Below, piece after piece: positions 1 through 12,600 of a stretch of DNA of 64,000 nucleotides (its first letter is position 1; the number at the start of each line of letters is the position of its first letter). A program made the translations under genes and the position numbers. Source of the stretch: a virus; IMG/VR virus record IMGVR_UViG_3300036770_005682, positions 32,001 through 96,000 of that record. One strand, given 5' to 3'. A model generated the notes under the pieces. The model did not search any database. It was not told where the DNA came from and saw only the letters and a program-made list of their open reading frames with translations.

Positions 1-3000
1 TACAACGGCGCTTGGATTATTGATTGGGCAAATGTTACAAATCCCCAGAATAATCCATTCGTCGACGACATGATAGATGCCGCCAGAAGGTTAAAGAATA
101 CTTCTTATACAGGTTCAAAATTTAGTGGCAGAAAAATAGACCTACAAAACGATTTGACAACGTTCTACGACAATTTGGCTTGGGCGTTTCAAAACAACAT
201 TACTCATGATGTGGGCGACTTAGTAATTATGGCTGCTGCGGTGGGAGGGGAATACGCAACAGTCAATGGCGTCGAGACATCAGCAGAATTTTATGCATGG
301 AGAAGATTGTTCGGCGAACTTAGGGGAAATGCGGCAGCAAGCAGAATGCCAATAGGCAGGGATATTCTCCAAGAGGGTCCTTTTGATTTAACCCCAAGCG
401 ACATCGATTTACGCACAACAAATGCAAGAAACAGCCCTACCGCAAATCTTCTTACACATTTTGCCGCCGCTTGGGCAGTGCAAGAACGTGACCGGGCTAT
501 GCAACCAGGTGGGGCCCTAGACCAAATTCAACAGCAGCTTCCACCTGGCGTAGGTTTGCCACAATCAATCATAGATAACTTTGAACAAAACGCTGCTGCG
601 GATGCTGTCGCTAGATTGAATCAAGTTGGGCAATCATCATTTGGCGTCAGCCCAACGGGGTGGAACATATCTGGGCGCATGGGGAACATGCAGGGACCAA
701 ACGACCGCCCGCAAACATTGCATGCTCGTAGAGTCAGGAACGCTGTTCGTTCGTACGACGCCAATAAGACAAGAGTAAAAACAAGCTTTAGCATCTCTGG
801 ACGCATGGGGACACCAGACCCTGTAAAACCGCAAAGACCGCGAGAGCCAGATAATGGTCCATTCACTGGAAAGTTTCTTGATGTTCTTCGTGGCGCTTCC
901 ACCTGGAAAGAGTTTGCAAGCAAATACCGCAAACAGACGGTTGTATTTTTTGACTACGAAACGACCGGATTTGGTGATGATGGGAACATGCCGGTTCAGA
1001 TAGGCGCGGTAAAAATGCGCGGCGGTAAAGTTGTAGAAAGATTTAACGTTTTTGTTAACCCCGGTATCCCACTTGGCGACTGGGCAAAAAAGAATTTGAA
1101 AAATGATAAAGGCGAGCCACTAACCGATGAGTGGCTAGCATCAAAAGCGGGAATGCGCCAGGCCCATGAACAGCTGCTTGAATTTTTTGGCGAAGATGCG
1201 CTGTTAGGTGGGCAATATACGCCATTTGACCTAGAAGTACTAGAGCGTATTCTCAAACAAGAAGGTATTGATTACAAACCAGCCGGTGTAATTGACTCAA
1301 AAGCGATGGCTGACGAACTACTTCCGCGATGGTCTCCCCAAAATCCCGATGGCCCAACAATGGTTGACCCTAAAACAGGAGAGAAAAAAGCATCAAACTC
1401 TCTTGGACCATTAGCCGAATATCTAGAGGTCGACCTCGGGGATGGCTGGCATACTGCAGACGCTGACTCTGAGGCATCAGCAATGATTATTGAGAAGATG
1501 CTAGATAGGGCAGCGTCTAAGCAAGACACATCAAAACGGCTATTGGACGTAGACCAAGTCCCACGAATTGTCCAGGAACGTCGCGCGAAATACGAGCGCG
1601 ACATGGCTGATTATCAAAAGGCAAAGGCAGAATACGACCAGCTTATTTCTGGCCGTATGGGTGTTGTGCAGTTTGAAACTGCTAATGGCTCTGTTTACAC
1701 AAGGCAAGCTGACGGCAGATTCCGTCGCAGAAAGAGCGCAGTGCTCGGCACGACCATAGAAGATTCTGACGTTGAGTCCACCTTTGACAACACCGTATTT
1801 GTTAATGACAATGACGCGTATGCAATTATGGCCAAAGGACAACGTGGCCGGATAGTAGACGACAGTGGGAATTTGATTGGTCGCATATATGACGACACTA
1901 ATCTAGATAGTTCTAAATTCATGTCTCTTCGTCGTGATGGAGACGATTTTGATACCGCTTATAGAAAAGCAGGCGGAACGATAAAAGATGAAGCAATCCC
2001 GGCAGCACGCATATACAGGGAACCACAGACCGGTTTAGCCCCAATTGAGTGGAACAACGCAGACAACAAGTACCACGTAGGAAGCAGTGTTTCGTCCGTG
2101 ACAACAGAGCCATCTACGTCTATATCTGGAAGAATGGGAAATCCTGAGCGCGCATCGAAAGCAAAGACCGCACAGGTAAAAGAAGTTTTGTCGACCACAA
2201 AAAGCTCTGTCGGAGCAAACATGAGCGACGAATACGTAGATAATTGGGAATCAATAGAACCGCGACTCAGTGGAGAATTGGGCATTAGAAAGCCACTCAA
2301 AAAGGCAGAAGCTAGAGCCCAAAGCAGCGAAGCAATGAGACGTTTTGGTTCAATGTTGCGAGACTCAATCGGCAACGAGAATAAACCGGCACAGCAGACT
2401 CCATACAGCCCTCTGTTTGCTGGCGTCGAATTAGATTTTATGGCTCACATTGGCTCAATGACTGATGAAGAAATTGAAAACGAATTAGTAGATGCAATGA
2501 CTGAGTTCCATGCTGGACTCGACCCACGCCCTAGGGTGCAAGTATGGCAGGGAGATTTGACACGCATACTGCAACACGGGTATAAAACGACACACAACAT
2601 CACCAGTGACCACAGTTCTAGCCCAATGCGTAAAACGTATGAAGCAGAAATTGGCATTCATCCTGATTTCCCAGACACGATGAGACCAGCTTCAGGATAC
2701 ATGGTTCATTCTGATTGGCTGAATGCTGAAGAAACTATTGCCTCTGCCGCAGTGGAGGCGCTCCCCGGAGCTGATGAAGAAACAAATTTCCCCGAATACA
2801 TGGATAGAAAAGGCATAGAAGACCACCGTGGTCCAGTTAGCGTATACGGAGGAGCGGAAATAATTCTTAGACCGGAGACATCAGGACGCACATACTACGG
2901 GTATGGAGACTCGTTGTCAATGAGATTCACGCCAGTGTCTATAAATTCCACTGACCCAGATGAAATAGTGCGCCCTATGGCCATGGGTGGGACAATAGCC

Positions 3001-3600
3001 GGCACAAATATGTTTGATTTGCTTTATGGCAAATGGAAGGGTGACTACTCGGCACTCAGGTATCAGCCCAATGGTAAGAGCGGGCGGCATTATTTCGAAT
3101 CGATGGTTGTCGGCGGATTTGACGCTGCAGACATAGAAGAAGTAGTTATCCCTAATTCTGGAGCCATCCCTGTTGGGGTTTTGTTTGAGCCGGACAACCT
3201 TCCCGAATCAAGAGGAAACATAACAGGCTCCGATTACGACGATATGGCCACAATCCCGGCATTCGCAAAAATGTCTGACGCACAGTATTGGATTGATAAC
3301 GCTGGCTCATCTGAAGAGCAGGCATCAGAAATAGTCAAGATGATAAATGACAAAAAGATGCTGACTGTTAGGGCCAACCCCCAGCTCGCCCGTGGACTAG
3401 CAGCCCAGAAAATTAAAGAGCGCCTGCTTGAAGCTGGCGCAAAACTGACAGTTAGAAACCAGCAGGGGATGGACTATTTTGACCCCCAAAGCTGGGTTGA
3501 CGACCTTAAGGCAAAGACATTAGAAGATGCTATAGAGATGGCTATGAGAAACAAGGTAATGAGGGCCATTAGCCAGGCAATGAAAGAAGCACAGCGATGA
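1..3600 (+). CDS. Giant multidomain virion-associated protein, 5'-truncated; DEDDh 3'-5' exonuclease (~940-1510) and C-terminal DUF3626/ART-like domain (~2530-3150); 4 ISGRMG motifs
   Basis: Frame is open from base 1 (YNGAWIIDW...), so the ATG at 70 is probably not the true start. Motifs FFDYETTG...PFDLEVL...HTADAD (DEDDh) and RPASGY...YGGAEIILRP...GDSL...YFESMVVGG (DUF3626-like). Confidence 0.8.
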   Translation, partial: YNGAWIIDWANVTNPQNNPFVDDMIDAARRLKNTSYTGSKFSGRKIDLQNDLTTFYDNLAWAFQNNITHDVGDLVIMAAAVGGEYATVNGVETSAEFYAWRRLFGELRGNAAASRMPIGRDILQEGPFDLTPSDIDLRTTNARNSPTANLLTHFAAAWAVQERDRAMQPGGALDQIQQQLPPGVGLPQSIIDNFEQNAAADAVARLNQVGQSSFGVSPTGWNISGRMGNMQGPNDRPQTLHARRVRNAVRSYDANKTRVKTSFSISGRMGTPDPVKPQRPREPDNGPFTGKFLDVLRGASTWKEFASKYRKQTVVFFDYETTGFGDDGNMPVQIGAVKMRGGKVVERFNVFVNPGIPLGDWAKKNLKNDKGEPLTDEWLASKAGMRQAHEQLLEFFGEDALLGGQYTPFDLEVLERILKQEGIDYKPAGVIDSKAMADELLPRWSPQNPDGPTMVDPKTGEKKASNSLGPLAEYLEVDLGDGWHTADADSEASAMIIEKMLDRAASKQDTSKRLLDVDQVPRIVQERRAKYERDMADYQKAKAEYDQLISGRMGVVQFETANGSVYTRQADGRFRRRKSAVLGTTIEDSDVESTFDNTVFVNDNDAYAIMAKGQRGRIVDDSGNLIGRIYDDTNLDSSKFMSLRRDGDDFDTAYRKAGGTIKDEAIPAARIYREPQTGLAPIEWNNADNKYHVGSSVSSVTTEPSTSISGRMGNPERASKAKTAQVKEVLSTTKSSVGANMSDEYVDNWESIEPRLSGELGIRKPLKKAEARAQSSEAMRRFGSMLRDSIGNENKPAQQTPYSPLFAGVELDFMAHIGSMTDEEIENELVDAMTEFHAGLDPRPRVQVWQGDLTRILQHGYKTTHNITSDHSSSPMRKTYEAEIGIHPDFPDTMRPASGYMVHSDWLNAEETIASAAVEALPGADEETNFPEYMDRKGIEDHRGPVSVYGGAEIILRPETSGRTYYGYGDSLSMRFTPVSINSTDPDEIVRPMAMGGTIAGTNMFDLLYGKWKGDYSALRYQPNGKSGRHYFESMVVGGFDAADIEEVVIPNSGAIPVGVLFEPDNLPESRGNITGSDYDDMATIPAFAKMSDAQYWIDNAGSSEEQASEIVKMINDKKMLTVRANPQLARGLAAQKIKERLLEAGAKLTVRNQQGMDYFDPQSWVDDLKAKTLEDAIEMAMRNKVMRAISQAMKEAQR

Positions 3601-3920
3601 AAAAGTCACTAGTTGGCAAAACTAGAGATGGCGGAAAGTTGTTTTTCGTGTCAGGAGGCCGCAGTACAGGGATATTCCAAATTGGCAGAACCATGACAGA
3701 AATCAACTTCTGGGATTTTGTTGACAAGAGGCCTGACCTAGAAGAGATGATGATAACGCCAATGCAGAAAAGGCTTTGGTCAAGAAATATCTCAGACCCT
3801 CAGTGGGTTGCGCAGTTCATGCCGGCGCATTGGAGAAAGCGGGAAGATGAAAACCCATACAACCAAAAAGTTAGCCAGGCATTAGATACAATAAGAACAA
3901 CGACAGATTTGCTGTTCTAG
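3597..3920 (+). CDS. Small hypothetical protein, translationally coupled to the giant ORF (candidate immunity/partner)
   Basis: 107-aa ORF with ATGA overlap on the upstream stop. Confidence 0.65.
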   Translation: MKKSLVGKTRDGGKLFFVSGGRSTGIFQIGRTMTEINFWDFVDKRPDLEEMMITPMQKRLWSRNISDPQWVAQFMPAHWRKREDENPYNQKVSQALDTIRTTTDLLF

Positions 3921-3948
3921 TATTACGAATGTCGCATAAGGACCGCCA

Positions 3949-4593
3949 GTGGACAACTTTGAAAAATTCCTGAGTAATAAAATAATAATTGTAGACGAGG
4001 AAAAGGCCGGAGGCCCAGCTGGCGCTGTGATACCTCAGGAAAACATCACAGGTGACGTACTTAAAGGACGTGGTCCACGCAGGGGAAATCTAGAAAGACT
4101 ACTCAGGTATTGGCGTCCAATAATGAAAAAACCCGGAGGATTCCGCCGTTGCCGCGTGATACTTGCGGACCATCCGGAGCTGTACCCTCTTGAAAACATC
4201 TGTGCCTGGCTGCACCATGAGACAACAGGATTATGGCCGAACGAGGGTTGTCACCATCCAGGTATGAAAAACTGCCGCAAAAAGTTGAAAAACGTCACCA
4301 ATGGCAGTATATGGACAGACAAAGATTTTGATGAAAGAATAAGGAAACTTACATCCAGGGGGACCAGAAAGAGTCTACAATTTTCTGGAGTAGTTGTTCC
4401 CGATGAGCCCTTCACACCAGTCGTAACAAACGAAGATTACGACCATGCCTTCAAGGTTCTGCAAGACTTTATGGACATGGAGCCAGATTTCTGCAAAACA
4501 TTGATGGATGAGTCGAACTGGGAACATTTGCACGGCATGCAGTCCACCGAACTGAAACATATTGCGCCAGATGAAGACAGTATCTCTTTCTAA
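3949..4593 (+). CDS. Head-module protein with a Cys/His motif resembling one seen in actinophage head-maturation proteins
   Basis: GNLERLLRYW...GGFRRC...ICAWLHHETTGLWP motif; co-oriented in the structural block. Confidence 0.55.
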   Translation: MDNFEKFLSNKIIIVDEEKAGGPAGAVIPQENITGDVLKGRGPRRGNLERLLRYWRPIMKKPGGFRRCRVILADHPELYPLENICAWLHHETTGLWPNEGCHHPGMKNCRKKLKNVTNGSIWTDKDFDERIRKLTSRGTRKSLQFSGVVVPDEPFTPVVTNEDYDHAFKVLQDFMDMEPDFCKTLMDESNWEHLHGMQSTELKHIAPDEDSISF

Positions 4594-6628
4594 TTGCTGC
4601 GATGAAAAATCGCTGACACCAATTGTACAAACACGTCATGTAACGCCAGAGTTGGCGCTTACACACGTAAACGCATTCACCCAGCCATTGCCCAAAGATG
4701 GCAATTATAAAAATGCTGTAATGTACAAGTGTGCTATGCAGCGTCGAGGCGGACGAGTAAATCTAGAGGTAAAAGTCGGTTCGGTGACATCGACTAGTCC
4801 TGTTTTGCAGGGGCTTCAATCTGTCGGCTCAATGATTATCCCCGGAGATACGGCACCACTCAGAAGCCCTCTTCGCTCAGGGCTGGCTAGGGCCATAACG
4901 CCTGGCGGCGGCAGAGGAATTAATCCGTTTGCCTATGGTAAACCCAATCGCGGATACAGATGTCCAGAGGGTTACCAATATGGTGGACGCTTTACAGATT
5001 CCAGATTCTCAACATGTGGAAAACAATTGTTTGACCTTCCTGGGATAATTGGAGCAGCAATCGGCACAGCAATTAGACGTTCTGCCGCCGGTGTCGCCAA
5101 TTTTGAACCAAGCGGACGTCGGGTTGGGGCCCTATCCGTCTCTGGTGACATTATCCAAAGTCGCGCACCGCAAATTCCTAAAGTTTCAGCATTAAATAAG
5201 CGCGACAGAAACGCTAATATCGCATCTATTGTTGCTGCTATGGCCGGTGTTGCCGAACCATACAGAAGAATGGTCCGTCGTGATGGTTTCGTTCTTGAGC
5301 CAGTAGTAAGCAACGCAGTACTAAGAACAATCCCAGACAACAGGGATATGGAAGGTGCAACATTTGTTCAGACTGCCCTGGATAGAGCAGTTATAGGGAA
5401 AGATGAACTTGGGTTGCTATCCAATACTGGTGTCCAAAAGCTTGTTTATGTTTTGCCTGGTGGCTCGACGCTAAATATAGAAAAAGCGCGCCCATTAACA
5501 GTTGGCGAACGACGCAAATTGGGCAAGACGGTTAACGTAGCCATTAATGCAGAAAACAATTCTGACCCAGCATCTAGGTTGCGTTTCGTTGCAGAGCAGA
5601 TGGGCGATGCTATTGCCTACAGCGAGTCCTTTAACGACATAAAGGACCCCAATGCAATAATTACAGTGACGTTGCCTGGCACAAAGCGGAAAACTCAACT
5701 GAAGAGATGGGTTTACGAATCGTTTTATAAGCGCAAGCCAGACGTTCCAACCCCTTCAGAAACTGAAATAACAGAAGGCGATTCAGTAGGGCCAAGCGAA
5801 AAAATCGACAACCTTTCGGGGGCAGTGAGGCACCTCAATGCTGGAGGCTCACTAGAAAACATATCCAGCTCATTGCGGGTTGAAGCACTGAGGCGGAGCA
5901 GGCTTTACAAGAGTGGAAAACTCAAAGAGGGCGTAATCCTTCATGAGCGCGCAGATGGGCAAACCGTATTCGAAATACGTCCGAAGCGAGATTTTGAACA
6001 TATTGGGGCTTCGGTTGCTTCTGAGGTGCAACGTTCGTTAGGCCTGAGTGCGCCAAAAGTAAGATTGTCTGGCTCTGGAAATAGGAGAACCTATCTTATA
6101 GGGGAAGCGCAGGATACGCCAATTGCCGGTTCACAAAATAGAGCAAGCGGTTTAGAAAATGTTGCTGTGGAGGATTTGGTTGGACTAGCTGTCGCAGACT
6201 GGCTTTTGGACACTCACGGCAGAACTCCGGCAAACATTTCTCCTATAAATATATCTGGAGCCATGAGGGCGGTTGCATCGATTAACCCGATGTCTGGAGG
6301 AATATCTGCAAGAGGCAATAACAGGCAACGTTTCGACATAGACATGAACGATTTTTTCGGACAAGAATTGCGCGAAATGTACCGTCGCAATTTCGAAAAA
6401 CTAAAACTTGAGCAGAGGCGCAAGGCTCTCAACATGATTGCAACATATATAGAAAGAGCTCAAAATATAGATTTCCCAGAATTGCGCAAAAGGCTGAGTC
6501 TCGACGGTGAAATGTCCGAAGCAGAAAAGCGACACCTTTCTATTATTGAAACACTGTTCAATAGAAGACTAGAAACACTGAGAACATCCAGAGCCGCATT
6601 CATGTCTGCACTAGGATTGCGGCAGTAA
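4562..6628 (+). CDS. 688-aa virion-associated protein; RCPxG..GGRFT motif and degenerate HipA/PI3-4-kinase-like C-terminal domain
   Basis: SEVQRSLGLSAPKV...ADWLLDTHGRTPANI resembles the DxLxxNxDRHxxN kinase loop without the catalytic Asp. Confidence 0.55.
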   Translation: MRQMKTVSLSNCCDEKSLTPIVQTRHVTPELALTHVNAFTQPLPKDGNYKNAVMYKCAMQRRGGRVNLEVKVGSVTSTSPVLQGLQSVGSMIIPGDTAPLRSPLRSGLARAITPGGGRGINPFAYGKPNRGYRCPEGYQYGGRFTDSRFSTCGKQLFDLPGIIGAAIGTAIRRSAAGVANFEPSGRRVGALSVSGDIIQSRAPQIPKVSALNKRDRNANIASIVAAMAGVAEPYRRMVRRDGFVLEPVVSNAVLRTIPDNRDMEGATFVQTALDRAVIGKDELGLLSNTGVQKLVYVLPGGSTLNIEKARPLTVGERRKLGKTVNVAINAENNSDPASRLRFVAEQMGDAIAYSESFNDIKDPNAIITVTLPGTKRKTQLKRWVYESFYKRKPDVPTPSETEITEGDSVGPSEKIDNLSGAVRHLNAGGSLENISSSLRVEALRRSRLYKSGKLKEGVILHERADGQTVFEIRPKRDFEHIGASVASEVQRSLGLSAPKVRLSGSGNRRTYLIGEAQDTPIAGSQNRASGLENVAVEDLVGLAVADWLLDTHGRTPANISPINISGAMRAVASINPMSGGISARGNNRQRFDIDMNDFFGQELREMYRRNFEKLKLEQRRKALNMIATYIERAQNIDFPELRKRLSLDGEMSEAEKRHLSIIETLFNRRLETLRTSRAAFMSALGLRQ

Positions 6629-9600
6629 TGAAATCTATATCGCTAGTTAGAGACAAGATTGACGGCTCTCCATTTGCTGTATTGCTTATCAACAAAGATG
6701 ATGTAACTGCATTCGGGTCATCTGGCCAAGGAAAAAATTGGGCCGATTGGGTAAATAGTCAAAACACTCAATTTGACAGCATTGATGACCTACTTGATGT
6801 AAGGCTAATTGCTGATACACCTGTACCGGCAAAAACGTTCAATGAAAGCAACCTGAGCAGCTATTTAGACCAGGAAAACATGGACCTGGTTATGCAGGAG
6901 CTGAATAAAAAAGTATTGCTAGAAGTAGTCAATACTAAATCAGCACAGCAAGAAGAGCCAATATTCAATGACGAGGAAGATGACTTACCAGACTTCATTC
7001 CGATGTCAATGTGGCCACTTTCTGATATTTCCCTTGCCTCGATAGATGTTGCATTTAAGTCAAATCTTGCAGCCTACAAAGCAAAGGCATTCAACCTAGA
7101 TAGAGACAGGCGAGCAATAGAGCTCGAGGTTAAATGGGCTCGTGCTATTTGGGACAATGACAGACAAGGGTGGCGCTGCCCACCAGAAACCCCTAATGGT
7201 GGTCAGTTTACCAACCGAATGGGCCTTGGATGCACAACAGGAATGATACGACGCCTTGGCCAGACGTTGATGAGCATCGAGGACCGCAACAAACTTCAAA
7301 TGACACTTCCGGGCCTTGAAGACCCACGCGGATTTCTATACAGAGCTGGAGCTCTGATAGATGAAAGAGCAGAGACGCGAGTAAGGAAATTTGCTGAGCG
7401 CAAAGAGCGTAGAGCAGCAAGGCGAGTTCGTAACATAATCGCCAAAGAAGGGAAAAAAGAACAGGAAAAACTGCAAAAAGAAAAGCGCCGCCATAATAGG
7501 TCTGGTGAATCAATAGGTGACATCTACAGAAGCCTTACTCCAGATGCAACCAGAACATCGAGAGTCCGCGCTGCCGGCGCAGTAAAGCTACGTAGATTTG
7601 CAGCACGAATAGAAGAAGAATCGCTTAGGGACGTAGGTCAAAGTCAACAGCGTCGTGACCGCAGAATGAGAGCTGTCACTGAAGAGCGTCTCAGCCCAAG
7701 AAAACTAAAACAATTACGCGACCAGGGCGGAAGAATACCCGGCTCCGACCTTGGTGGATATGTCCAAATGGACGTCAAGAGCGATGACGAAACATACAGG
7801 GCGATGGACGTCAATGGACAACTTATGGTGCCACGTGTCCTTGTGGACATGGACGAAATGCACTCTAATCCATTCTATGGTCGCCCAACATTGAAGGATG
7901 ACACAGGAAAAGAAATACCAAACCCACATGTTGACCATAAGTGGGTCACGGTTGAAGAAGTTCTCGCCATGTCATCTGTTAACCGCGCAACAAAACCAGT
8001 TCACGACTGGATTGAGATGCGCAAAGGACGTGGCTTTCCCGGTGATGAAACAATCAGCTACGTAGACGCCAAAGAATTAAAAAAGATACAAAAAGAGAAC
8101 GGCAGTATTGGCGTTAGGGTAAAGCTAAAAGACGACGGTAAAGGCACGTCTGCTGGGCGCGGAAAAGGAAAAGCAAAAACTAAACCGGCGCAAGGTGGCC
8201 CAATAGGTGATTTGGAGTGGCAGCCGGACGAGCTACCGCCGACGACTGCAAAGCAAATCCGCGACTCCTGGAGGGAAAGCAGAAAGCGTCTCGGCTCATG
8301 GATAGCAAGTCTCGACCCTTTGTCAGAGGACGACGGGAAAACACGTCGCGAAAAACGAAGAGAAAAACGCTCTAAAGCAAACAAGCCTGTTAGTGCAGTA
8401 ACTGCGGATGGATTTTGGTCCTCACTTTATCCCGATATCGAATCCCCGATTGAGGCTATGGATAGAGCAAGAGAAGCAAGCAGCGCTTCTGACAGCTTCA
8501 GGCAATGGTTTGAATCTGGTCAGTCGGGGAACTCACGCCGCTGGGGCTATAACGAAGTAATCGGAACTCCAACGCCGGAATTTGCCGCTTTTAAACGACT
8601 AGCCGACGGTGTTATTAGCGAACACGGAGGAGAAGTTCTCGTCGAAGGACCAGATTCAGGACACCCCCTGCGAAACGAGCTAGACAATAATTTTGAATTC
8701 AATACTAACTACAGAACATCATCTCCATTTCAACTTTACAACCTACGAGTCGTCACGTTAAATGATGGCGTAGAAGAGCGTAAAGTAATAGTTCTCGACA
8801 CGGTGTTTGCTAATGCTTGGACGGATAATCCACGAGATGAAAACAATAGACAATTAGACCCTACAGAAGCAGGTGTCCTACAACTTGCAACAAAATCAAC
8901 AGTTCTTGATGTTCCCCAAGATATTGTCGAACAAGCGGAAAAAGGAGATATGCGCGTTTGGGACTTTCTCGAAAGTGCAAACTTCGCGTTAATGTCAGGA
9001 CGACCAGGAACAACTCCAGGAAGCGTGTGGCTCGGATTCCCCCCAGCAGATGGAGCGCAAAACTTCGGCGGCGACAGGGTAATACGGTTTAATAAACGAG
9101 GAGCACCACTAAGCATTGCTTCTGGCTACCACGCAAGGAGCAATACGCCAAACCTTATCGGCGTAAAGACAGTGCACCTTGGCGGTACTAGCAATGCAAC
9201 AATAGACCTCCGAACTGGAGCAATGATTTCTGGTCGCATGGGTCCAGAGACGATACTTACACCAGATGGAGAAAAAGTACTTGATGACCCATCAATAAAC
9301 CCATTTACTGGCGAAAAAGAAAAAATGTGGATAGACAGGCTACCTGGCGCACGCAGGGGACGAAAGTCTCGTCGCCGCGTCGTCGGAGATAGGCCAGAAC
9401 AACCAGGAATAATCAGCCGCGTTGCCACAGCAGAGGGGCGACAGTTCTCTAGAGAGCGTCGAGCCGCCAGAAGAATGATTAAGGGCAAGACGCCTAGGGA
9501 CACAAGACCGCTCCGCCAGAGAATTGAAGCATCTTTATACGAGCGTTCACGTAGACGTACTGGCGATATCCGTCCGGAATGGCTACAGGCTCCAGATATA

Positions 9601-12600
9601 AATCCAGCAATAATCGAACAAGAGATACGCGATGCAGCTAGGTCGAATGACCCAGAAATAATTGCATCGCTGCCTGAAATAGGTGGAGTTTACGGTTGGC
9701 TTCTTCCTGAATCGTACCCAACAGGGACTTCCTGGTGGGACTCCGGCGTGAATAAACAAAGAGTTGATGCTCTCAATGCTTCTCTACACGAATTAGGTGG
9801 TTCATTTTTCCCACCAGTTACGCAAGAAGACATAGACAGGCTCCCCGAACTAGCAGAACAGGGGAGACTATGGTTGGAAGACATAAATGACCCAGACCAG
9901 CAAAGCACCCCTGGTGAAGTATCAAACTGGGGATTTGCTGAGTGGAAAGAATTCGAAGGGATGACGTATGTATACGATTCCCGAAATGAAACAAAACCAC
10001 CTATAGCAATAGTTCATAATGCATCTGGGACGACGCACCTAATTGGGAAAGACGGCAAGCATCTACTTTCCCTTGTCCCAAGGCTATCTAGCAACGGCGA
10101 AAATGTTTTCGTACCAATTGGTTCCCCTGAACTTCATAGAAAACTAGAAACCCCAAGCCAGGAAACTGGATTTTTGCAAACGCTTCTAGGGAAATTTAGA
10201 CGACGCGATAGACAGCAAGTCGAAACAGAACAAGTTATCCCAGGACTACGAGGTAGACGCAGAACATTTACGCGTGGGGATACAAGCATCAACGACGTAC
10301 GGGCAATATTCGAAGCCGGAGATGCTGGCTCTAGCCCAACATGGCCCTACTCATTTGCCACGCAGCAGAGAACTGGTTCGCAAATTCTTCCTAAAGCAAT
10401 GTCTGACGCTCAGATAGCGTTGGTTTTGGCTTCAGCAGAAAAAATGCAGGCGCAGCTAGAAGCATCCTTTAGACGGCAACTCGGTTTGCCACAAAACGAA
10501 TCTCTTACAGAAGATGGCATAAAAGACTTCATTGATGAACTATCTCGCAACGGCCGGAAACGCGAGGCTGGCATAGTAATAAATAATTTGCACGACCTTG
10601 CTGTGCTGGATGACCTTCTTTTTACTCAGGATATTGGCCACGTTAATAACCTAAAGCCTGGTAGGCGTCACATGATAATGCTTGATGCTGGAATTCCATT
10701 GTCAGACGCAGAGAAAAAGTCTAGACGTCGGATGACGCCTGACTTAATTTGGATAACGAAAGATACGGCTGGAAGTTCATATTTCAGGCTCTCCGACACT
10801 GGCGAACGAGGTCAATTCACATCTAGACGAACATTCCCCCAAGGAGATGTAAATCTATTAGATGTTGCTACTCCGCAAGGTCCATCATCTCCACGGCCAA
10901 CACCAACTGGGCCAGCGCTAATTCCCGGCACAGGGGACGTGACTGGAACAATCATTTATAGGGGTGGCTTATACTTTGACACTTCGACCGGCAGATACGT
11001 TGAAGACCTGACTGGTCTTGACTCAGATGGCGCGGACTTCTTGCATAAGCCTGTTCCTTTAGAAAACTATACGTTCAATGCGCTTGGAGATTTACAGGGC
11101 CAAGAATTTCCAAAGATTATTCTAAGCAGTGGACCAGGTGCTCCAAGGAGAGAGCTAGCAGTTGCTGCTCCTGGAATAAATCCACAAGACAAACGAGTTG
11201 CTGTTCAAACTAGACCTGACCTTGTGGAGGCTATAGTCACACAGCCATCATCGTTTACAGAGCTTTTCTACATGCTTAGAAACAGATGGCGCGCACTTGG
11301 TTCAGCTCAAAAATCGGAAGCCAAACTGCAGAAGCTGGGGCGGAATCCTGTTGCAACCGCCGACCTGATAAGTGGTATCAACAGCCCGCTACTAGCCAGA
11401 GCAGACGGCCTAGAAACAGAAGAGGGGATGTCTCTGTTTACATCGCCGGTAAATGCACCGGGCAGAACTATAAATAATGCTGCGGAAGTTCTTCGCGCGA
11501 TAAGAAATGCATCACGCAAGACCCCAACTGAAAATGGCCTATTTGATGAGTATTTGCCCGGGAGTGCTGGCGATTTAAGGCGTCAATCAACTGTAGTTTC
11601 AGGACCACACGAACTGCACCACTTACACGTTTTGGACAGTCTTGGGATAATGGAATCACTTCCATTTGAAACTGTTTACCTACCAAGCACACAACCAATA
11701 GGCAACCAAGTTGACATGCAAGCCTACGGTTACGGTCTTCCGCACATAGACAATGGTCTTTTCATGCCGCTCAACTCGGCTCTGCAACTTGATTTTGCCG
11801 CGAGGACAATGCGCAGATTGCTTGATTCTGGCAGCCAGCAAGACCGAGATGGATGGGATAGGACTTGGGGTAGGCGTGCTGGCGGCAGGTACGACATAAA
11901 TAAAGCAGACGTTGAAGAAGTAGAAAGAATGAGCGCCCTTGCATGGAAGCATGCAGCAGATGAACTTTCTAGAGTTGCCTCAGAATATGGAAACAAAAGA
12001 AATGACGCACTAGGAAGGTGGAGAGTAGGCAATGGGGTTGGGGAGAAAGACAACGATAAAGACCTGGCAGAAGTAACAAATTACGTCATGAATGGTGTCA
12101 TAGCTGAGCAGGCAGAATATCTATTGCACAGACACATCATTACTAACGATGACGTAATGCAGCAGATTGCTGAATCACATATTGCAGACATGACGAGACG
12201 CTCAATAGATGCGAACAAGAGAATCGACAGGCTTGAACAACTGCGCTCCGCTCAAACAGCAGTAGGTCGCAGAGCGACTGGCGGATATTCTCCAGACGAT
12301 GTCGACCCAATCGAATTGTTGCCCATACTTGACCGTCACGGAGATGGAGTAACAACAACTGCTCCGCTTAGAGATTTAGGCGAAATATCCGAAATAATGG
12401 CAGACCATAAAGCTCTCGGTTTTGCCGCCCCACTTGAGATAGACCCCGTAACAGGAGAGTTTGTTCCTCAAATTCTCACAGATGACCAAATAGAAGCCCT
12501 AGCGCTAATTGACTATGCATACAAGCGCCACAACATCATGACAAACATGATGGGGCAATCCAGGAATGCGGCAATAGAGGAAGCTCGTGCTGAATTCGGT

